Assembly (NCBI RefSeq): GCF_006345805.1
Contig: NC_042998.1
Location: 45,012,001-45,076,000, forward strand
Reading direction: 5' to 3'
DNA length: 64,000 nt
Source of the DNA: Octopus sinensis
Lineage: Eukaryota
The notes beneath the pieces were generated by a model. The model saw only the letters and a list, made by a program, of their open reading frames with translations. It made no database searches and was not told the DNA's origin. Both the position numbers and the translations under genes were made by a program. This document shows, piece after piece, positions 27,740 to 39,764 of the stretch; position 1 is the first letter of the stretch, and each line of letters begins with the position of its first letter.

Positions 27740-28080
27740 AACTCTACAGAGAGAGAAAAATAATCACAAAGACAGGGAGGAGGAGGAGATGGGTTATAGG
27801 TGACAGAGTAGTTAGTGAGAGAATGGGAAAATGAGGGATAAAGGCAGGGATGAAAGAGCGACAGTTCGTATCAATATTTGAGGTGTAAAACAGAAAATAT
27901 AGCAGAATTAAGAATAATGAAATAAAATAGAGGGAATAAAGGGGCAGGAAAGAGCGTAGTGAGAGAAGGTGGTATGATGCTGGGTGAGAGAAATGGAGAA
28001 AGTAAAACGTAAAGGAAAGAGGAATAGGAAGAAGGCGATAGGTAAAGAAATACACAGAGGAATGGAAGCGGTCAATTATG
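27740..28080. repeat. Purine-rich low-complexity tract
   Basis: GA-rich + strand with no coherent ORF. Confidence 0.7.
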
Positions 28081-28506
28081 GAAGAATAGTATACGTTTGA
28101 AATGTTATGTGAAAAACAATGGGACTAGAGTAATAAAGACAAGAAACATTAATTGAAAAAGGGTATTTAAACAGTTCGGAGTGTAAAACAATGTTTTATA
28201 ATCGTCTCTATGAAATTTTGTTTTTCCTGAGACGAATAAACAAACGTATAAATACGTTCCTAGCTGATGTAAACAGAGGAATATATATATATATATCCGT
28301 ATTAGGAAGTGAGAATATAAAATTCAGACACTTGGAAATGTGTGTGTGCGCGCGCGTGTGTGTGTGTATGTGTGTATGTGTGTGTGGTGTGCACGCGTAA
28401 CTATAGACAGACTCATAAGTATACAAGACATAGACGCAAGCGCAAATACGCACACATACACGTGCATACATACGCATACATTCACGCATATACCACATAT
28501 AGATGT

Positions 28507-28557
<51 letters not shown>

Positions 28558-29190
28558 ATATATATTATATATATATATACATGCACACACACATATATAC
28601 GTATACACGCGTGCGAATACTAATTTTCAAAAGAAAAAATTATTACCTTAAAATCAATATATATATATGTATATATATGTTAATTTTAAGGTAATAAATA
28701 AATTTTTCGTTTGAAAATTGGTAGTTATATCATCGTTTGTTTTTATAAACACCAAGAAATTTAATAGAAATTAAACTATGTATACCATATTTCCTAATAT
28801 TACACATGGTTGGTATACAATGGAGTGTTATCTGTCATATCATTTATGTGCTTCGAGATACACCGTTCCGAAAACGAATTATTTCACGTTCTTTCGAAAG
28901 TCTATAAATTTCTTGAGACGTCAACAGCATACAATTCTTGCTGGTAAGAATAAAGCTTCTAAAATGGATGCAGAAATTCGAAAGAATGCTTTGGTCTAAT
29001 GGTAGAAAACCCGTCATGTTAACAGCAAATGTGGGTTCGAGTCCATCGGCCAGCCTACGAAACTTTCAGCCCCAAAAGGCTTTTTTTCCAACCTAATATT
29101 CACATGCTATTACTTGTAGCTTTATGTGCTTCAAGATACACCATTCCAAAAGACAATACATATATGTATGTATGTATGTATATATGTATG

Positions 29191-29283
<93 letters not shown>

Positions 29284-29937
29284 CATAAATAATTACATAG
29301 TGGGCTTTATACATTTATTTGTGCATTATAGACTTACAGTTGTTTCAGATATTGGTTCAGTTTCATCATTATAGACTTACAGTTGTTTCAGATATGGTTC
29401 AGTTTCATCAATTAATCGAGTGAAAAAATAGTGAACGAACGTGAGAGTTCATATATATATATATTATATATTATATATATATATATATAACTAATGCTTG
29501 ACCACTGTAACGTTTCATAGTTGTCTAACATTATCTGATATCTTAATATTCGTATAATTTAAAAAGTAATTATTTTGTTTTCATTTCTTAGGAAAATAAG
29601 CTCTGCCAATTCTTTAACGAGTGGCCAATTAGCCATGAAACCAGTTAAGATTTCTTTCATGTTTCTTTTGGCGAAGAGAATAACATTGTTTTTACATTAG
29701 TTACTTCTTATTGTGCAGGCAATAAATGCTATACATCAGCTATATTAAACATATCACATATTTTCTAACACAAAATGCTTGAGTGTAAATATTTATTTAT
29801 TAATTAATAACGCCACCAACAAATTCTGGAAACGCAAATTAGTCTACCCATTTATATATCTGTATATGTATCATTCTATACTTATGTGCGTGTTGTGTCT
29901 GTGTGAGAGCATAACTATACATATATGCATATATGTA

Positions 29938-29972
<35 letters not shown>

Positions 29973-30235
29973 TGAAAGTATTCCTTTTTATTATCAACAT
30001 AATTTTATATACTGTCTCATAGTGATAAAACTTCATGCCGCATATTGACAATTTACTATATTAATTGCCTAATGCCTGACCTGTGTATTTTTTAACACGG
30101 TACATAGCTGTCGTATTTCGTATTAGATAGTTTTAAAAAATCGGCATTGCATCATTTCCTTTAACTGGCATCTAAAATACATGTGTGTGTGTGTCTATAT
30201 ACATATATATGTATATACATATATATATATATACA

Positions 30236-30300
<65 letters not shown>

Positions 30301-30330
30301 TATATATACCCCTATATATATACATATATA

Positions 30331-31216
30331 TAGAGGATACGATGGGTAAATTGTCATCATTTTATATTTCTAATTTCGCGCATGTGCATTGTTTGTTTTT
30401 GATTTTGTCGACTACACAGTACCGTAGGATCAGTTGGGCACCGCCTGTTTGAAAAACAGCACCATGATGCAATTCACTCTGCCAGAAATTTGGAAACGAC
30501 ATGCTGTACTGCTTGGTATTCGCGCCGGAAGCTCCAATACGAAAATTTCAGAGGTTTTGGGTCTCAGTCTGAGGATAGTGCAATCTGAGAACATGCACCG
30601 AGAGTGATAAAAATCAAACATCCAGTCAACATCATAGTGTTTGGAGTGATCAGTAGTGATGGCGACGTTATGCCTCCATTCATCTTCCCACACGGTCTCA
30701 CACTCAACACCGAGGCCTGCATCAAGTGCCTTGAGGAGATAGTGCTGCCCTGGAAAAAGAGGGTGGCTGATAGAATACCCTATGTCAGGCAACAGGACTC
30801 CGCACCATGCAACACAAGCAGGAGAACCCAGTCATGGCTGTCAGACAATTTCTGCAACAACACCACCCTTAACATCTGGCCACCAAACTTCCCAGACTGC
30901 AACCGACTTGATTATATGTGGGGCGTAGCTGAGCGAGAGACCAGCAAAGACCTTTGTAACACCAAAGATGAACTGAAGGCAAAGATTATGGTAGCACACA
31001 CCAATTTAAACTAGGAAACCGTCGAGATGTGTTGCAGGATGTTCTGAAGTGGTCTGGAGGCCATGGTTGAAGCCAACGACGATTTTATTGAAAAAAATTT
31101 AGTCTTTAGTATTTCAGGATATTTTTGTAATTTAGGTAAATATATCTGTTAAAATGAGATGTCAGTGTTTTCATTTGTGCTTAACTTAGACGACAGTTTA
31201 TTCACCGCACCCTCTA
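30331..31216 (+). mobile_element. Internally deleted Tc1/mariner-superfamily transposon (maT/DD37D-like) with degraded transposase
   Basis: ORF 30604-31014 has VFGVISSDG, QQDSAPC and IWPPNFPDCNRLDYMWG (catalytic D..D motifs); imperfect TIRs TAGAGGATACGATGGGTAAATTGTC / GACAGTTTATTCACCGCACCCTCTA with TA ends. Confidence 0.9.
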
Positions 31217-31229
31217 ATAAAATATATGC

Positions 31230-31303
<74 letters not shown>

Positions 31304-31863
31304 CATAAATATAATATAATATAATATATATATATATCCTTATATATACACACACACATATATAATATATACCTTTATACATTTATATATATATTACATA
31401 TCTTTATATCTAAATATATGCATACATATACACATATAATTCTACATATACGTACGCATGTATGTACGTATGTATTTATGTCTACACATACTCTTAGCAT
31501 CTCCGACTATCTTCACATATCTATAATGTGCATAGCCAGTCAGCTATGCACATCATTATGGAAACAAATTTAATCTATTTTTCTTTATGATGGAACAAAG
31601 AGGAAAATAATTAGTTTGACAAGTTTTGTTAATACAGATTTATCAGCCGTTGACCCTGCTTATATACAGTTTCACACATAAAACACTGCATCACTCGATG
31701 TGTATGTGTGCGCGTAGGTGTGCTTGTGCGTGCGCGTGCGCGTGCGCGCGTGTAATTACAATTGTGAATACCATCAGACGAACAGTCTTACGCGTCGGCT
31801 CAGGCACAACAACCTTGTGCTTTCAGAAGTTCGCCTATCAGCTATATTGTTCTTGACTCTAAG

Positions 31864-32030
31864 CCAATGGTTCTCAACCGGGGTCCATTTGACCCCTGAG
31901 GGTCCATATAAGATTTTGTGGGGCCATGCAAGCAAAATAGTAAACTGGTGCTCCACGGTTATATTTTAAGGTTCCTGTAAAAATTTTTGCTTTAGATGTC
32001 TCTATTTCAAGAAACAGTTCAGTTTGTTCC
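31864..32030. mobile_element. hAT-like MITE fragment (same family as 50440-50766)
   Basis: CAATGGTTCTCAACC terminus; reverse complement aligns with about 50620-50766. Confidence 0.7.
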
Positions 32031-32127
32031 TCTACGAGCAATCGCAAGAGAATATTTATTGAAGACCGTAGTACAACAAACACACTAATATATACGTGTG
32101 CGTGTGTCTATTATAATTAAAACAAAA

Positions 32128-32338
32128 ATATCCCCTCCTGTCATGAATGACCATGGGATTGCACCTAGAAAGTCATCCTCCGAGGCACAAGTTCATGCAA
32201 GATTGTTTTATGGAGGACCAGCAGTTACTCATACATACCAGTCTCTACTCTCCACGCCACTGATGTTATCCAAGTGTAGGTAAAGGCCGATACGGCTTGG
32301 CACCAGTGACGTCGCAACTCATTTCTACAGCAGAATGA
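32128..32338 (-). mobile_element. SINE 3' fragment (cephalopod-type body)
   Basis: TGGCACCAGTGACGTCGCAACTCATTTCTACAGC and CCATGGGATTGCACCTAGAAAG resemble a recalled cephalopod SINE body; single copy here. Confidence 0.5.
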
Positions 32339-32548
32339 TATATATATATGTGCAGCTGAGGATTGCTTTGCATTTAAATTGATGTAATGGTTGCATTGTT
32401 CAATTAAATGGAGTTGCGTGAAACGATCGTACTGCATTACCTCTGGATATCTTTGTTGCTTATTTTAATTTTAATCATCTTATTTCGAAATTGTATGGAT
32501 AATATCGTACTAAATTCTGGTACCTCAACTTAAGTACCATATTCATCT

Positions 32549-32591
<43 letters not shown>

Positions 32592-32619
32592 CATTATTAT
32601 TATTATTTGATCGTTGATC

Positions 32620-32958
32620 GTTGATCGTGATCGTTACCGCGTCGCCTTACTAGCACTTGTGCTGGTGGCATTTGAAATATTCGAGCGAGGTCATCGCCAG
32701 TGCCGCTGGACTGGCTCCTGTGCAGGTGGCACGTAGGAAGCACCATTTGGGCATGGCCGTTGCCAGTACCACCAAACTGGCCCTCGTGCAGGTGGCACGT
32801 AAAAGTACCCACTACACTCTCGGAGTGGTTGGCGTTAGGAAGGGCATCCAGAAGCAGAAACTCTGCCAGATCAGATTGGAGTTTGGTTCGCCAGACCTCA
32901 GTCAAATCGTCCAACCCATGCTAGCATGGAAAGCGGACGTTAAATGATGATGATGATT
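32620..32958 (+). mobile_element. Non-autonomous retroposon with RTE-type 3' tail
   Basis: Internal GTGCAGGTGGCACGTA repeats, GGCGTTAGGAAGGGCATCCAG, tail CCAACCCATGCTAGCATGGAAAGCGGACGTTAAA(TGA)n; sister copy at 37040-37485. Confidence 0.8.
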
Positions 32959-33038
32959 TGATAGTAAAACGAGTGGTTTATACCTGGTAGCTTACTAATA
33001 AAGCTCGTTCACTTTCACAGTGTTCGTTATGTATCAAG

Positions 33039-33171
33039 TTAATGAGAGACGGAAGATGGAAGATACAAGAGTTTTTATTTACCACTACAATCGTTTCTGT
33101 GCTAGGTGTATCGAAACAAGTGTAGTGATTAATAAAAACTCTCGTATTTTCCATCTTCCATCTCTCTTTAA
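33039..33171. repeat. Imperfect hairpin, ~55-bp arms, ~16-nt loop
   Basis: GAGAGACGGAAGATGGAAGATAC..CCACTACAATCGTTTC / GAAACAAGTGTAGTG..GTATTTTCCATCTTCCATCTCTC. Confidence 0.85.
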
Positions 33172-33173
33172 TC

Positions 33174-33251
<78 letters not shown>

Positions 33252-33939
33252 CACTAACCATACAGCCATGACATTCTTTTGTTTATTAATTTGGTATGGA
33301 ATGAGTTTTGAAATTACATACTATTGAACTAATCGATTTAGTTATTGTTGAAACAAGTAATTTACAGCTGGATGCTGCTCTTCCTATTGCTGACCACTAT
33401 TTTATTAAGTAGAAAGGATTTGTCAGTCAGGCAGACTGAGGCAAGAAGAGTTATGTGCCCTACCTAGTAGCATGATGCAATAGCTTCAGGAATAACGTTT
33501 CAACTCATTGCTATAGCATCACAGTTGATAACAACAGCAAAAAATAGCTTCACTTTTATCTGACAACTAAAGTTCCTTTGTGTTTCTATTCTAGGGAATT
33601 GAAAAATCTTTGGAGAATTTTTGCATAATGGCATCTAATAAAATTTATTGATAAAGTTAATTGTTTATATTCTTCCCAGTTTAGTTCCCTTAAATTATCC
33701 CCATTTTAATCAATATAATGGAAAATATTCCAAAGTCTCTTGATACTGATCATAGAGTGTCATTATTGATTTTGGCAGGAATTTAATGTTGATCATAACA
33801 TATTTTTTCAAGAAAAAGTACAACATCATAGTACCTTTAGTACTGCCAATTCATACTGATTCCTCACAATGCCCTAGTATTCAGTACAAGAAATGTATCA
33901 ATCATATGATCCTGCAGAGATCTAAATCCAATCTAGTAT

Positions 33940-34308
33940 ATCATCTTTTTGGTACCAATCTACTTCAGATCACCTCTGGTTCTATGATACAAACTTCCTG
34001 TTTTAAAATTATCTAAATGAAAACTTGCCATCAAAATTTCATGTTAATTTACATTTCAAACATCAGCTTAATAATAACAGTTATGTCAATAAATTCTTCA
34101 TTATTTTTAAAAGTTATTGCAAATAAATGCAGTATATTTCAGCAGAAATATGGTAACAAAATTAGAGTTAGAATGATCTAAATTAAAATCTTCCATCAAA
34201 ATTTCGTACTAATTTATGTTCTAAGTACCAGTTTAAGAACGACAATTATTTCAATAAATTCTTCATTAATTTCATATATCAACAGAAATATGGTACCAAA
34301 AGAGTTAA
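33940..34308. mobile_element. AT-rich MITE-like element with internal tandem duplication
   Basis: Termini CTTTTTGGTACCA / TGGTACCAAAAGAGTTAA; two internal copies of ATCTAAAT.AAA.CTT.CCATCAAAATTTC...AATAAATTCTTCATT..CAGAAATATGGTA. Confidence 0.55.
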
Positions 34309-34432
34309 TAAATTTGATTATAAAGTACACAAATTTGTCTATATTTAAGAAATCCTTGAAATTATTCAAGCAAAGAATTAATGTTGATCTCAGATTTTTA
34401 ATAAAAATTTATTGATATCTAATAATGATGAA

Positions 34433-34568
34433 AATTCCAAGAGGCGTCTGATCGGCAATCGGCGGCTTTAAGGTCGTTCTGTCCCTGCAACTGTGGAGAC
34501 TCCGCGGCAAATAGGGCGTCCCGTCACTCGGGATATGCATGCGGGATGTCGGGGACTGCTTGTGAATT
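34433..34568 (+). ncRNA. Putative structured RNA element of unknown family
   Basis: 12 CpGs in about 110 nt within CpG-poor DNA; nested stems whose non-Watson-Crick pairs are G-U on the + strand; no match to snRNA, snoRNA, 7SK, RNase P or MRP motifs I can recall. Confidence 0.4.
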
Positions 34569-34944
34569 CAATATTCCCTATGAATCCTACTACTACCTTG
34601 GCAATAAATACAAATACGAATACGAATAGTACAGGTAGAACATCAATTTTCTGCAACCCTTTGGTTCCAGATCTTTCCTGGATTACTGATATATTTTCTG
34701 AACTAGTAAGTGGTCACACTCTGAAGTAAACAAATATTAAATTTACTTAAATGATAAACAGGTACCTGTACATTACTATAAATGATGCAAATTTATTGAT
34801 ACTATACTGAGCAAGGTACTAGTCTTTGCAAGGTACCAATAAACTAAACTAGGATCTATGGAAATTTGAAGTTCCTGCTCCTAAATTTGTGTGGATTATA
34901 AGAGGTTCCAAAGAATCAGTGTCCAAAAAGCCAGTGTTATGCCT

Positions 34945-35160
34945 TTTATCTTTTACTTGTTTCATCATTAGACAGCATCACCTTGAAGAATTTTTAGTTA
35001 AATGTATCAACTACAGGACTTATTCTTTTTAGAGACTGGTACATATTCTATCAGTCTCTTATTCTGAACTGCTAAGTTATTAGGACATAAACACATCAGC
35101 ACTGGTTGTCAAGCAATGTTGGGGAAAAACAACCACACACAAAGACACACACACACATGC

Positions 35161-35200
<40 letters not shown>

Positions 35201-35467
35201 TCGTGCAAATATACAATGAGCTTCTTTCTTTCACAAGGCTTTGGTCAACCCAAGGCTATAGTAGAAGCCTTTAGATCATTCTAACTCTAATTTTGTTACC
35301 ATATTTCTGTTGAAATATACTGCATTTATTTGCAATAACTTTTAAAAATAATGAAGAATTTATTGACATAACTGTTATTATTAAGCTGAGGTACCATGCT
35401 GTGGGACTGCACACCGAACCATGTGGTTAAGAAGCAAGCTTCTTACCACACAGCCACACCTGCACCT
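34945..35467 (-). mobile_element. CpG-decayed SINE family A copy interrupted by a 120-bp templated insertion
   Basis: GGCTATAGTAGAAG|insert 35270-35389|GGTACCATGC..ACCACACAGCCAC. Confidence 0.8.
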
Positions 35468-35808
35468 ATATCTGTATACCTGTATCTATATTCAATGGAT
35501 TGGGTTCTTCACTAGAGAAATTAGCTTTCTTTTTTTACACATGTTTCTTTTTTTGCATTGATGTAATTAAATGCTTATTCAACAAGATATGTTTTATGAA
35601 GCCATTACTACAATGTACGCATAATTTACAAATTATACAGTGTATATAATTGGTGGCATAATAGAAAGGCAATTTACACTACATACAGTAAACTGTGGCC
35701 CCACAGGCATGAATATATTTTCCCCCCTTTTAAATATCTTCCAGGCATCAAATATATACTTTGCAAAGAAATCAAATAGTATATAATGAGTGTGTGTGTA
35801 TATATATA

Positions 35809-35864
<56 letters not shown>

Positions 35865-35874
35865 TATATGTATA

Positions 35875-35952
<78 letters not shown>

Positions 35953-36061
35953 ATTATACATATATATATATGTGTGTGTGTGTGTATATATATGTGTGTG
36001 TGTGTATGTATGTGTATGTGTATGTATATATATATATATGTATTGTGTGTGTGTGTGTGTA

Positions 36062-36092
<31 letters not shown>

Positions 36093-36107
36093 TATATATA
36101 TATATGA

Positions 36108-36485
36108 ACAGGAGTGGCTATGTAGTAGCTTGCTTACCAGCCACATGGTACCGGGTTCAGTCCCACTGTGTGGCATCTTGGGCAAGTGTCTTCTACTATA
36201 GCCTTGGGCTGACCAAAGCCTTGTGAATGGATTTGGTAGATGGAAACTGAAAGAAGCTCATCGTATATATGTATATATATGTGTATGTGTGTCTAAATTT
36301 TTGTGTGTCTATGTTTGTCCCCCTAACATCACTTGACAACTGATGCTGGTGTGTTTAAAGAGACTGATAGAATTAGTACTAGGCTTATGAAGAATAGGTC
36401 CTGGGGTCGATTTGCTCGACTAAAGGCAGTGCTCCAGCATGGCCACAGTCATATGACTGAAATAAGTAAAAGAGTAAAAGAGTAT
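36108..36485 (+). mobile_element. SINE family A copy (CpG-decayed)
   Basis: Head to AAAGAGTAAAAGAGT tail; many CG>TG/CA changes. Confidence 0.9.
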
Positions 36486-37039
36486 ATATATATATATAGA
36501 CAGTCAAAAATTGTGAAGCATGACTGTCACCACTACTACAGGAACCTGAAGATTGCAGAATTTAATGCATGAAAATACTAGTTCAATCAGAATGAACATT
36601 TGACATTCTATTATTTTATTTTATTATATTGTATTATATTATCTTATATCATTATAAAATTGTAAATAAAATGCGAAAATCAGACAAGGTTGGAATTCCT
36701 TTTATTAATATATATATATATATATATACACAAACACACATACATGTATAAACATATATATTTAATACAATGGCTTAAACCTACAGTCGCTAACAACTTG
36801 CTGTAGTAAAACCGAGCAAAATAAGGTTTTTGTTAACAAGATACCCCTTGTAAGATGACTTGGTGAGAGACTTCTGCACCAAGGAATGCACCACAACCAT
36901 TTGTACAGTATCCCACCTGCAAGGGATCGATGCAGGATGGACTGAAGCGATCATTGTGAGCAATAAAGTTTCTCAAATATTCCTTTTTCTATCTCTATCA
37001 TTAGTTATATATAAATACATATATGTATAATGCTGTAAC

Positions 37040-37485
37040 TGTGAAGACCCGTCAAATAACGTGAGTTCATGACTGTTTTCTGCACCAGCTTCACATAGAA
37101 GCTCCAACCCATCCAAAGTACCTTGGATCACAGGACGGCCTGTTGTGCTTACCTTGGATCGTAGGGTGACCTGCTATGCTTGAAGAGACCTATTGAGTCA
37201 AGTACATCAACATCAAAAAATCAAATGGAAATTGAAGTTGTGATACCTGTGCCGGTGGCACGTAAAAATTACCAACCGATCGTGGCCACTGCCAGCCTCC
37301 CCTGGCACGTAAAAAGCACCCACTACACTCACGGAGTGGTTGGCATTAGGAAGGGCATCTAGCTGTAGAAACACTGCCAGATCAGACTGGAGCCTGGTGC
37401 AGCCTCCTGGCTTCTCAGACCCCAGTCGAACCGTCCAATCCATGCTAGCATGGAAAACGGACGTTAAACTATGATGATGATGATA
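37040..37485 (+). mobile_element. Non-autonomous retroposon with RTE-type tail
   Basis: GGTGGCACGTAAAA, GGCATTAGGAAGGGCATC, CATGCTAGCATGGAAAACGGACGTTAAA and (TGA)n; homologous to 32620-32958. Confidence 0.75.
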
Positions 37486-37974
37486 ATGTATAAATGTGTG
37501 TGTATGTTTGTGTATGTGTGTGTGCACAGAAATATTAAGGAATTTGCTGGTAAGAATAGATTCTTTTCAATGAAAGCATGTTACATTTAAATTTATTGTT
37601 TGTGCACCAGTCTCATTATGTACAAGAGATTGTTTGAGATTATTTGTTATTCTAAAGCAAACATCAAGTTTATACTTACAATAACTGGCTGAATGCATAG
37701 AAGAATACCCAAGGCAAGACTACGTAATATTATGACAGTTTTATACATATGAATAGTTTTAAACATATGCCACACACACACACATATAGACATTTCTAGT
37801 TTAAGGTTACCTATGTATAATCATTGAGTAAATTCTTGACAAAGATATTTTTTAAGGCATTGAAAACTTGGGATATAACAAAGTAATTTTCTTTTCTTTC
37901 TTATCTGCCTCCAGGCATAAAGAAAAAGTAACAGGTGTTTTTCTAAAGCAACATTATAACTTATTCATACACAC

Positions 37975-37979
37975 ATGCA

Positions 37980-38054
<75 letters not shown>

Positions 38055-38550
38055 CATATATATATATACATATATACATATATATATATACACACACATA
38101 TATATATATACATATATATACATATATATATATATATGTACATATATATATATACATATATATATATACATATATATATACATATATATATACATATATA
38201 TGTATATATACATACATATATATATATACATATATATATATATAATATATATATATACATATATATATGTATATATACATACATACATATATATATATAC
38301 ATATACACATATATATATATATACATACATATAGATATATACATATATACATATATATATATACATACATACATATATATATACATATATATATACATAT
38401 ATACATATATATATGCATACATACATATATATATACATATATATATACATATATACATACATACATATGTGTGTGTATGTGTGTGTGTGTATGTGTGTGT
38501 GGTGTGTGTGTGTGTGTGTGTTGTGTGTGTGTGTGTGTGTGTGTGTGTAT
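37975..38550. repeat. Long (TA)n/(TATACA)n/(TG)n microsatellite
   Basis: Directly visible. Confidence 0.97.
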
Positions 38551-38637
38551 CAGAGAAATTTTTAATAATTTAATTCTGAATTCATTCTTCCTTTAATGTC
38601 AATATGGCTAACCAAACATGCATTGTTGTCGTCATCG

Positions 38638-38691
<54 letters not shown>

Positions 38692-39008
38692 ATATAGAAT
38701 CTGAGTGCACATGCTTCAGTATAAAACTCTTTTTTTTTTTGTAGTTTTACATATTTACTTCTGTTTGATGTACTATTCTTTAACTATTCAATATGTGTGT
38801 ACATCATTGAAAAGACTTTTCTATTTTCCAGTGTGCTTCAATCAAGTCAATATTTCTCATTTCTAAGTACTTTTATAGTATACATGCCATAAATATAAAG
38901 AGGTTGGCATTAGGAAGACATCCAGCCTTCCTAATGCCAATGTAAAAACCAGGCCAAAACAGACAAACACTGGAGTAATTTTTTGGACCCGTTGGATCCA
39001 GTCAAACC

Positions 39009-39235
39009 TATTTCTTTATTACCCACAAGGGGCTAAACATAGAGGGGACAAACAAGGACAGACAAAAGGATTAAGTCGATTATATCGACCCCAATGCGTA
39101 ACTGGTATTTATTTAATCGACCCCAAAAGAATGAAAGGCAAAGTCGACCTTGGCGAAATTTGAACTCAGAACGTAGCGGCAGACAAAATACTGCTAAGCA
39201 TTTCGCCCGGCGTGCTAACAATTCTGCCAACTCGC
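39009..39235 (-). mobile_element. SINE family B copy inserted into an RTE-type tail
   Basis: 16-bp TSD TGGATCCAGTCAAACC (38993-39008, 39236-39251). Confidence 0.9.
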
Positions 39236-39357
39236 TGGATCCAGTCAAACCATCCAACCAATGCCAGCAGGGAACATGGATGTTTACTGATGATGATGAT
39301 CGATCACCATCATCATCACGACAACAATGATGACGACGACAATGTCAATGATGATGT

Positions 39358-39389
<32 letters not shown>

Positions 39390-39764
39390 CATATCAGTAT
39401 GATTCCATTGCTAGTTATATGTTAATTATGATCAGAGCAGTTTTCAACTATTGTAGATCTGATGATAACTCACTTCAATTAATGCTGTGTGTTCAACACT
39501 CCACATATCTCTCTATGCATCAATTTTAAACCACTTTCTTCATATCATATTTTACACAAGCACTTCATTTCTAAAAAAAATAATAATAAAAGACACAAAA
39601 TAAAAAGAGTCCTTAATTGGTTTTTTTGTGAATTGTTCTCGAGTTATTTAACTCATTCATTCAAGTTTAAACTTCCAGTTTCATAAGGGTCAATATTTCA
39701 CTCTTTGAAGTGTTGTATTAAAAATAGTCGTGGTATTCCACAAAGTTTTTATTACAAGTACAAA

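Noticed and set aside
28985-29057. tRNA-like sequence (TGGTCTAATGG, GGTTCGAGTCC)
   Set aside because: Acceptor and anticodon stems do not pair; tRNA-derived repeat or pseudogene at most.
29325-29410. ~43-bp tandem duplication
   Set aside because: Simple slippage or assembly duplication with no functional signal.
34425-34690. Assignment as C/D snoRNA, U17/snR30, HDV ribozyme, SECIS, 7SK or telomerase RNA
   Set aside because: No long rRNA/snRNA guide; ATATTCCCTA only approximates U17 m1 and m2 is absent; HDV core, SECIS geometry, paired GAUC motifs and a telomeric template are missing.
35790-35945. Single AA/TT phase slips in most long (TA)n tracts
   Set aside because: Most simply a sequencing or consensus artefact in self-complementary repeats; needs raw reads.
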